A stretch of DNA of 63,423 nt, counting the filler, from Squatina squatina (taxonomy: Eukaryota), in the NCBI GenBank assembly GCA_031763465.1. It is 3 parts of 2 records of this genome, joined end to end, with 100 filler letters (N's around TTAATTAATTAA, not from the genome) between each part and the next. Parts side by side here need not be neighbours in the genome. Positions count along the whole stretch, not along the records: positions 50,835 to 63,423 come from JARFOE010000001.1; 2 more parts are not named here. One strand, written 5' to 3'. The translations under genes were made by a program, and so were the position numbers. Below, piece after piece: positions 53,503-63,423 of the stretch (position 1 is the first letter of the stretch; each line of letters starts with the position of its first letter). The notes beneath the pieces were generated by a model, which saw only the letters and a program-made list of their open reading frames with translations, searched no databases and was not told where the DNA came from.

Positions 53503-54088
53503 GGGGCCGAAATTGATTTGCGTCCCTTTGGGGCACTCACGGAGCGTGAGCTGGCATTTCTTGCGCTGGCTCCTGCCCCACACCGGCCCCCACGGAATTC
53601 ATCGAACCGGGAAGCCTGCAAGTTGCAGCGTGCTCTTGGACGCAACTGGGGCAGCTGCCTTTCTTACGTCGCTGGCGTGGCCTGACACTGGTCCACCAGG
53701 GATGCCGGCGACCGGGACACCAGCCTGGCACGCCAGTCAGTGTGTCCCGGTCTTTCGGCCAACAACGAAGTCAGCCAAAAAATAAAGGTGGCGGCCGCAA
53801 GCACACAAGCCGTCCCCTTTAAGAAGCCCATTGCAGCGACAAGTTTCCCATGGGGCAATTTATCCCATGGGATGCAAATGAGTTGTCGCGAGGCGGTGAG
53901 GGGTGGGCGCGTGGCGATGATGTCATCGCCAGTTGCGCGCCGGCCTGGGGCGCTAATCGCAGGGTGCTTTGCTAACGGCCTAGTACCCCCACAACCTTTC
54001 GGGCATTTTCCCGAGAGACGATAAGGTCACCCTGCGAAAATTGCCATGCAGGCGCTAATGGGGCGCAAAAAAGGCCAAATTCGGCCCC
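53503..54088 (+). mobile_element. Complete Harbinger-like MITE inserted in a CR1 remnant
   Basis: taa|ggggccgaaatt ... aaattcggcccc|tat; related to 12858-13577. Confidence 0.72.
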
Positions 54089-54652
54089 TATGATTCTAAA
54101 TAAATTTCTCACTCAAGGCAAGGTACTCTCAACTCTTTCACTTTGTTCATCAGCATTTTCTTTCACAATTTTCACCTGGGGGGGCTGTGTGGCAGCAATA
54201 CCCAAAAATACACATAATTCATGGTATCATAGATCTAATTCTTGGAAAAATTGCAGATACTGTATATATACTGCAATAAAAATATTTAAGATAGCAAATT
54301 TTCCTGTAATTCCTTGTCAGAAATAGTCTGGTTGGACTTCTAGGTTATAAATTCAATATACTTTCAGCTTCTGTGTCATAAAATCGATAGAGCTTATGTT
54401 CTTATATCACATGGAGACTTGAAATGGCAATGGGAATACTGCACTGCTACAGTGTGACAAGTAACACGAGCCAAATTGCAAAATATGAGATAAACTATTA
54501 CTTGTTCAGATACTAAGGGCAGTAATCCAGTAAAGGGGCTCAAATGACAAATATAAATATTTCATTTTTAAGCAGCGTCCATAAATTCTGTTAAAGGGAA
54601 ATTAAATAGTTGCTTATAAAAGAGGAATACTAAAGAACATGGGAAGTGACTT

Positions 54653-55355
54653 GGGGGGCCCCAATTAGATAGCGCCACGCTGGTAGCGCAAGTTGGTGAA
54701 ATAGGTTGTTTTTGACACCATTTTAGCGCTGGTGGAAAAAAATTGGTCCCTTTAAAAAAAATGTTTCAGTAGTGGTGCTAATGGGGCCCAATGGGAGCAC
54801 TACTCAACTCAGCTGTGGTGAGGCAGGGACCAATTCATTGAACTAAATGATGTGAGCTAATTGGTTTCAGACCACTCCAGCCCTTAAAGGTCACTGGCAG
54901 TTTCAGATCGGGAGGTTGGTGTTGTGCTCCAGTGTCTAACAAATCCGTTTATTATCTGCTGAGACTTTTCTGCAGCTTCACATTATTCATGGTTGCTGCA
55001 GCAGGAGTTGCAAGAGTCCCAAGGTTCACGGACGAGACACTGGTGGCAGCAGTGCGGGCACATGCCCAACAACTCTTCATGAGGGCAGGCCGAAGGGGTA
55101 GTGCGCAGCTGGTGAGGGCCATTTGGAGGGAAATCTCTCAAGAGGTGTCGGCTGTAGATGCGGTGCCTTGGACGCCGCATCAATGCCGGAAGAAATTCAA
55201 CAACCTAAGTTGTGCAGTGAAAGTAAATAGGCGGTGCTCTTCAGAGTAATTATGTGCAAGTTTGTGATAAATGTTATCCATGCGGCAGCCATTCCATCAT
55301 GCCTTCACATTCAATTTGCTGATGCATGCACCACCCATTGTTGCTCATTGGCAAG
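54653..55355 (+). mobile_element. Harbinger-like transposon remnant with Myb/SANT-like ORF
   Basis: ARVPRFTDETLVAAVRAHAQQLF...AIWREISQEVSAVDAVPWTPHQCRKKFNNL; homologous pattern to 5135-5417; ggggggccccaatt left end. Confidence 0.65.
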
Positions 55356-55455
55356 NNNNNNNNNNNNNNNNNNNNNNNNNNNNNNNNNNNNNNNNNNNNN
55401 NNNNNNNNNNNNNNNNNNNNNNNNNNNNNNNNNNNNNNNNNNNNNNNNNNNNNNN

Positions 55456-55990
55456 AATGCACCACCTCACATTTATCTATATTGAAATCCATTTGCCATT
55501 TACACAGCTTCTCAATATGACAAAGTGCATTGGCATCTATGATGATGAAGATCTTCTCAAGAGACTGAAAACAATTGCTCATTTGTTACTGTTCGCTGAA
55601 GATGCTTGAAAACACTTCAGCATTGTCTCTAGTACTCATGTGTTCAGCTCCACCATGGCTGAGGATGGGGATGCTCATGGAGCCTCCGCCTCTCATTAGC
55701 TGCATGATTGTCTGACACCATTCTTGACTGCGCGTATTAGGACTATGGAGCTTGGCTATGATCCATTGACTGTGGAACTGCTTATCTCTGTCCATAGTCT
55801 TCTGCTTTTGGTGTTTATTATACAAGTAGTTCTGTGTTTTAGCTCTCCTAGGTTAGTGCCTTATTCCAAGGTATGGTGTTGTTCCTGGCACATCATTCTA
55901 CACTTTGCATTGAGCCATGGTGGATCTCCTGGATTAATAGTGATGGAGAGTGTGTGATGGGTTGAGCTATAAGGTTACAGATTGTAGCGA
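55456..55990 (-). mobile_element. Decayed LINE fragments (CR1 and a second family)
   Basis: KWQMDFNIDKCEVVH; SQEWCQTIMQLMRGGGSMSIPILSHGGAEHMS...AEVFSSIFSEQ. Confidence 0.65.
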
Positions 55991-58879
55991 TACGGCCTAC
56001 AGCTGCATGATGTCCCATTCCCATTGGCCTCCACGTGATCGCCGCTGGCTTTGGATGGGAGTCAGTGAAGGGACATTTCAATGAGGCCCGTGAGTAAAAG
56101 ATGCCTGGGCACCAGGCTGGCGCAGCCATGGGCTTTTCTCACCAGCTCCGGCGCCTGCAGGCCGTGTTTCTGCCCCAAGTTAAAACTGCGGCAATAGTTT
56201 CCAGAAAATTCAGCCGCTTGCTCCTTTGTGCTGTGGCTCCTGTTTTTATTAATGTATTAATGTTGATGCAAGCCTGCCTTCTGCCAGTTGAAGCACATGA
56301 ATTATTTTCTGGACATTGCAATTGGAAACTTTTCCCAAGTGTCTATTCAGAAAAATGAAGGCATTAAATGCAGTTCTAATAGGTTTGTTACACATATTGA
56401 ACCATGCATCAATGTCGCAAAATATCATTAGTATTACTTCATGATGAATCACAATAAATCAGTAAGGTTTAAACATTTATTTTATATCGTAAATTTTGTC
56501 ATAACTTAAAAAGGACATTAAACGTATTTACTTAAGCCTGTTCTCAGTTAGAAAACCAGGTCAGGTTACAGGATGTGTCGCTGATGATATGAAGAGTGGA
56601 AAGTATTGGAATATAGAACACTAAATAAACTGTGTTCTGAAACTGTAATGGCTTAAACTGGTGTTTGGAGAGGGTTGGGGATGAAACGGTGCTTGTGAGC
56701 CCTGAAGTGGGCAGTGCCCCCGGATATAAATGAGACGATTTTAATCGCCGGGCCCCATTTCCATAAATTTTCTCCGACTCGCACCCAAACCCAGCCAGAT
56801 GCACTGGCCGGCGATCAGCAGCAGAGATTCAGCGGCAGGAGGCCACAGCTGGGAAGCCGTGGAAATGGTCCCCAGCAGCCAGGTAAGTGGTGGGGCGGGG
56901 TGAGGGAACTTTGGATACCATTGGGAGGAGTAGGGGAGCTCGGTGNNNNNNNNNNNNNNNNNNNNNNNNNNNNNNNNNNNNNNNNNNNNNNNNNNNNNNN
57001 NNNNNNNNNNNNNNNNNNNNNNNNNNNNNNNNNNNNNNNNNNNNNTGTATCTATTATTATTTCCAATCAAAGCTAGATTGTTTGGAATGCTTTTTTTCTA
57101 GATTGTGACCGGTTCCAAATCATCTTGAGGACTCCTGAGTACTTTGCTGGGTAGATGTGATTTGTTTAAAGTGGATTTTGAGCACTGCACGTGTGAAATA
57201 TTACTTTCGTCTGTCTCCCATATCTTGTCTTTTATCAGATCGTTGCTTATGCTGCCCTTGTTGTGCTACATTTTACTGTACAACAATAATCTCCACGGAG
57301 AATGCATAACTACAAGGCGGCTACTTAAAAACTGTACAGAGAGACAGTCTAGTAAAATCCTTGTGTGAGTTTCAAGGAACTCAAGATTCTGGTTTAAATG
57401 CATATTGTCCTTTATAGCGTGCTTTTTTCCCAAGAAGTCACCCCATGTCCCTCGGTGCATACACAAAGGAAGTTAAGAATATAAAAAATTAACATATTTA
57501 TTCCTACGTGGCTCATTTTGATGCCTCTTTCCTCACAAAGCACACATCTTTATTGAAGATAAAAGTTGAATAATATATCTCAAGATGTGAAGTACTTTTT
57601 ATCTCAGTGATATTGAATTCCCTGCTAACTAAATGAAAAGAGTATTAGCCACAGCCTGGAATAGTAATAAAGCCTTGGCTGGCATTCGCACATCAGTCAG
57701 ATATGTGATGAGTTTCATTAATTCCTAGACTGGCTGCCCAGCATCTCACCTTGAGCGCATAGGGGAGAGGGAGAAACGAAAACCCGGACATTGTTTGCAG
57801 CAATCGCATTTATTGGATAAGCACTGAAAAGCAAGTCGTGGATGAATCACTGACCTTTGCATGCATCTGAAAATGAAACATGGGGTGAAAAGCCTGTGGA
57901 TGGGGGGAAGCTAGTGGCTTCCTCACTAATGCAATTATAACAGAATCAAACAAATGCCACTTTTTCATGACATTAACGCAGCAGTCAAGATCAGTTTTTA
58001 TATTTCTAGCTTTCTCCAATAGCCCTTTTCTTGTCAGCAATGAAGCAACGTGCTCATTTTTAGCTCATTTCATCGCTGCGCTGAATGTTGAATCATTCCT
58101 CGATTAGAGAATGTGTGACTTAAATGCAAACTGCATTTTTTTGAGGGGAGGAAAAAAAAAAGTTGCACTTCCATCTCAGCGAGTGAAATGCCAGCAATGG
58201 TCACATGTTGTACAGTTGCTCGATATTCTCTGTGGTGTGCGCTTGTGGTCTTTTCATCCCAGTGACTCAGAATGTAGAAGCACAGCAGCATCTCAGGGAT
58301 TTTGTTTAAATGTCAGCTTTGAGACGCTGATCTCAGGTATTAGGAACATTTTATTAGTTGAAATAGAGAAATATCATCTTTCTTGTCTTTCAAACATTTT
58401 TTTAAAATATCTATGAGCATGAGCAAAACAACTAATGAGATAGAAACAATTTTTACAATGAAAATGGAAGGTTGTTAATTAAACAGCATTAGCTTTTGTT
58501 TGCCCCAGGCTCTAGAATAGAACAGACTTCAGCCTTACATGTACAGTCATTCTTGGAAATTGCCAGCTACCTTGTCATGGAATCATTGATCTGAATTGGT
58601 GCATTAGGATGGGGAGAGTTGTTTAAGACTGAAAGCTGAAAGCTAAAAGAAAGCCAGTAAAAGTGCTTTTTCGAGGTCAGGGAAGAACTGGGAATTAGGA
58701 TGATTACAAAGGATGGGATTGGAAGGCATCCCATCTCTCATGTCTCGTTGTCAGTGCAGCTCTTAATATTTCACTACAAATTGTTGGAAGCACAGGATAG
58801 TGTCAAAATGGAAAAAAAAACAAAAGAATTTACAGATTGAGAACAAATACATCAAATATAATGTGTTTGGGTAAATCAG

Positions 58880-59003
58880 GAATGGCATCATAGTGGTTAT
58901 GTTACTGGCCTAGTTAATCCAAAGGCCTGGACTAATGATCTGGAGACCTGAGTTCTAAATCCCAACATGGCAGCTGGGGAATTTAAATTCAGTGAATTAA
59001 ATA
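58880..59003 (+). mobile_element. tRNA-derived SINE 5' end
   Basis: tggcatcatagtggttatgttactgg (A-box-like) ... gagttctaaatccc (B-box-like). Confidence 0.55.
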
Positions 59004-61599
59004 NNNNNNNNNNNNNNNNNNNNNNNNNNNNNNNNNNNNNNNNNNNNNNNNNNNNNNNNNNNNNNNNNNNNNNNNNNNNNNNNNNNNNNNNNNNNNNNNN
59101 NNNTTGACCACTCTCTTGTCATGCAATGCCAGCTGATTTTGTGGCTGTAGACATGAGGTTGAGCAAATGGGACCCTTCTATGTCCTCTGCGCTCTCATGC
59201 TACTCTCTTCTACTCCTCCTATTGCAAGAACAGTTATCTGGCAACCACTGCTGTGCTCACTGCAGAGAACTTGCTCAGCTGATCCATGCCAGGTCTGTTC
59301 TGGAGTTCAATACTTTTCATTCATATCCGCCTGCATAATTTTACATAAGACTCTCATGATTGGCCTTAACAAGCAAAAAAAATGACCTATTTTTGAACAG
59401 GAGATCAGTGCCAAATACAGAGACATAATCCATTGGTAGTTTCTTTCTGGCAGTGTCATCCACTTTGCATGCATCTATATGGCCTCAGAAATCAGTAGCT
59501 CCCCTCAGAGTGAGTAGCTGAGAGATATGGACCAGACAGCTGTAAGGTTCTACACTCAGTCAGGGCAGTGGGCGGGGCTCTTCAATTGGCCTCGATACCC
59601 CTGGGTTAGCAATGGACAAATAAATATGTATTCTTGTTCTTAATTACAATCTAATGACCTCTACTTGAAATGCTTGTGGACAGGATTGTGGTCAGATGTT
59701 TTGCCTCTCTGTGGTTGAACAGCACGCCAACACTCACTTGCAAGGTTTACACATGAATAATAGCCACTTGGTTGAGGTACTGGAGGGTATTGTTGCCGTG
59801 CAACCATACTCCAGCCAAGAATCTGCCTTCAGGAAAAGAAAGGAGGAAGAAAACTGTCAGAAAAAATTGTCAGAGATAAATAATGAACCAGACTCTATGG
59901 CATTAAGGGACTTATTTTATTCAATTGCATTTAGCCTCCTTACCGACCATTTTATTTGAAAAGCTTTTCAAAAAGGAATTTTGCTTTGGGAATACTACCA
60001 ATAATTTTGCTTTGTGACCCTACAGAGAGAAGAAATAATGTAATTGCCTACTTTGTAATTGCAAACTGAAACTCTTCCGAGCTTGTTGAGATGACAGGAA
60101 GTTATGGCTATTAAGATGCTGTTTTTAAGGACCACAATTATGAGTGAAACATTAATATTATAATTTCACAGGCACGCTTCCTGAGCTTGCAATCTATTGT
60201 GCAGTGGTAGATACACAGCCATGCAGTGCATTCCTAATTAAATTTATTCGGAATCAAAGGCCTCGCATTTAAATTACTTTTCATTAACTTTCATGTGTGT
60301 CAAAGATGGTGCTTCATGTGACTTGGAGGCAATTGGGTCGTTCAAGAGCTGTTATGTGAGAAAATATATAGTTAAAATGTATTTTGACAATTAAGGAACA
60401 AAGATTTTGATATATTTACGGAAATAATGGAAACTTGAAGACAATTACAGAGCTTTAACTTTATCAAGAGGCTTGGACAATGATTTAAGAACCCTAAAAT
60501 AGCTTACAGGATGGCAATCATATAAGAATATTCATTACTTTATTATAGTACTACAGCTTCTCAGCATAATTTTATTCTATTGTGGTAACTTTTTTTTCAC
60601 AATGATCTCTTCCTGGCAGATCATGATGGTCAGTATATCTTGCTGGTGTCTGTTATTAGGGAAAAAGTGACTGAACACTTGGACAAATATGAGCTGATCA
60701 GAGAGANNNNNNNNNNNNNNNNNNNNNNNNNNNNNNNNNNNNNNNNNNNNNNNNNNNNNNNNNNNNNNNNNNNNNNNNNNNNNNNNNNNNNNNNNNNNNN
60801 NNNNNNCTTGTGGACCAGGGGAAAGAGTACTTCCCTGGGCTCCTCGTGAAGTTTCCCAGTCTTGCCTTTTCCTCCCAGCACTAGTATGGGTACCACCCCA
60901 GTGCCTACTTTATGTCGGGAACCGTTCCCCAGCATCCTCTGGGTCACAACCTGATTTTTGTTCCTGCCCTGTCATTAATCCTGCTGGTCTTGGTCAGCAG
61001 ACTGACCTACTTTATTCAAACAATGCCCAGGAGTTAAATTTGCCTGGAACTTTTGTAGAGTTTCCCTCCCAGTTAAAATCGACCAGTACAGTTTATCATG
61101 TATTTTTGAGTAGATAATTGTGGGTTAGTGGACAAAAGTATTATTTAATAACATTTTGGCAGGTGAGGTATTGTGGTGAGTTGGAGGGAAGGCTGCTACA
61201 TCTCTCACTCCATTTGGAGCCAATTTTAATTTTAGATTTTAATGGACACAACATCATGGGGAGCGCACCAATATCTGTTTCCAGTGGACACGGCTCCCTG
61301 CTGGAGCATGGAATCAAAAAAGCGAGCCTGAAATATCTGCATGCTAATATTCACACAACAGAATTACAAGGCCCAGTTTTACTACAAACTGCAAATATAT
61401 CATACAGGCACACAAAATTCGTAAGTTTTGATCACAGAGCAGCACTAAAACCACATCTATAGATCATGCATTTTGCACTGCACCTGAAGATGTTTGGTCT
61501 TTGTTTTAAAATGCATCTATTTTGTGGCGGAGTACCTTTTAAATACAATTACATTGCAATGCAGTCATGAAGTCCGACCCTTTGGCTTATTATCCATCA

Positions 61600-61806
<207 letters not shown>

Positions 61807-63423
61807 TTAAACGTGAATAGTGATATTAGCTGGGGGCCAGTGACGAGTAGAAGTCAGTGCACTTATTCTTCATACAATTCATGGACAAGGCTACTTTGAA
61901 TACTATAAAATATGTTGGCAATGCTCAACTATGTGACCCAGTGATTACGCAGAAGGGGATTGACAGGATGCAAAATGATCTGGACAAATTATTAGATGGG
62001 CTAAGGAATAGCAGATAAAAGGAAATTAATGGGTACATGAAATGTAGGTCCTGCAGATTTGGAATTTAACTCATTAACTACTTGTACTAACAGTACTAAA
62101 CTTGGCATACCCAAAGATTACACCATGACATACTAAGAAGGCATAGAAGTAAACATATGCCACAAAACTGGAGTTTCCACCGATCTTCTGTCAAAGTTAC
62201 AGTAAATGATCGGCAGAACCCCTGTGGAAATGCAACCTCTTTATTTCATTAGTGTGTTAAAAAATCTTTCATCTGCACGGACTTCCTGTCAGTACCATTT
62301 CATCTCCTGTTATGTTTTTGTCACACTTTGGTGTCAGTTTTTCCCATTTTAAGCTCCTACATCCACATTTGACAAGGCCTTTGCCTGTATAGACTTTTCG
62401 CAATGAATGCACAATCACCATGCCTCTGCGGCAGCTTTCTGAGCTGTCTGTGTTACCTCAGCTGCCATCTTGATCTCTTCCTGACCCTTGGTGATGGTAA
62501 CTATTAACCTTTCTGTTAGATGCTTTGACTTTGGACTTTTTCATTTTAAATAATACATTTTAAAATTGATTTGTTGTTCAACTTAGAACCAGTGAAGGTC
62601 AGCAACAGCAGAGGTGGTAGGTAAGTGGGGCTTAAGCGCAAAATATGATTCAGGTGACAAATATAGATGAGCAGGAGTTCATGTAGTTTGAAATTCAGCA
62701 GACGAGTGAAGAAAGTGAGTCTGGGGATAATGACGGCATGGACAGAGTTTCAGTTCTGATCGCAGCTCAGCTATCTTTAGGTCAGCCAATCTCATTAATT
62801 TCCAATAGGGACCTGACGCATCTCACTCATTTTCTACTTAAGGCAGCTGAGTGATGATTAGATTTAAACCCCCAACAAAGAAAGGAGCAGCTACAATGGG
62901 ATTTTCTAATTGCTTTTCGCATTGGCAGCATGAGCAGTCGTCTTCGAACAATCCTATGCAGTTTACAAAGGGTAGCAGTGGCAGTGGTGGAAGGGAGCTA
63001 TAATGCACATCCTACCTAATACTTTTATGTCTATTAGATTGCAATGCACTATTGTTCTGCTGAGATAAATCCCTTTGCAAAAGCCTTTCCATCTGGTAAT
63101 ATCAATATCTATATTAAATTCCACGTATGTCGTATTTGATGGATTATACAGGGTATAAAACCTGTCATCTGTTGACACTAGAATGCTTTTGTTTGAAGCT
63201 ACCGACTTATATGACGTATCTGGGCATTGTTAGTGAGCCTATCATTATCACTGACTGCAACATATCTCATAGAGAAAGGCAACAGAATGGAAAGTTTAAT
63301 TATAATTTTATTAAATCTTTTTTGTCTTAAGGACATCAAGCAAGCCTACATCACAGGGATTGTTAAGTCTTTTAGAACTATCAAGCCTAATAAAAAAAGA
63401 AAGTTGATAAAATGCAGCAGGGA

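Overview
Vertebrate genomic DNA, most likely a shark or other elasmobranch (inferred from the repeat families and protein divergence). The assembly is highly fragmented: 0.4-5 kb contigs joined mostly by 100-N spacers, so most exons are missing and distances are compressed. Recognisable exons in order: CD274/PD-L1 (IgC and IgV, minus strand); relaxin/insulin-like peptide gene pieces (9.8-14.1 kb); JAK2 (5 exons, minus); DNAH6 (2 N-terminal exons); SH3GL2 (last 2 exons); ADAMTSL1 (4 exons). Apart from DNAH6, these genes belong to the human 9p24-p22 block. The main signal is a locally duplicated relaxin-locus cluster of at least two and probably three gene copies. It has a non-canonical B chain (RxxxExxI), an A chain without a dibasic cleavage site, and one exon-2 copy that lacks the A chain. 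A second signal is an in-frame TAA in a JAK2 exon plus odd kinase-domain substitutions. The rest is CR1/L2 LINE fragments, SINEs, Harbinger-type MITEs and Myb/SANT remnants, and tandem repeats. All homology calls come from remembered sequences, not from a search.
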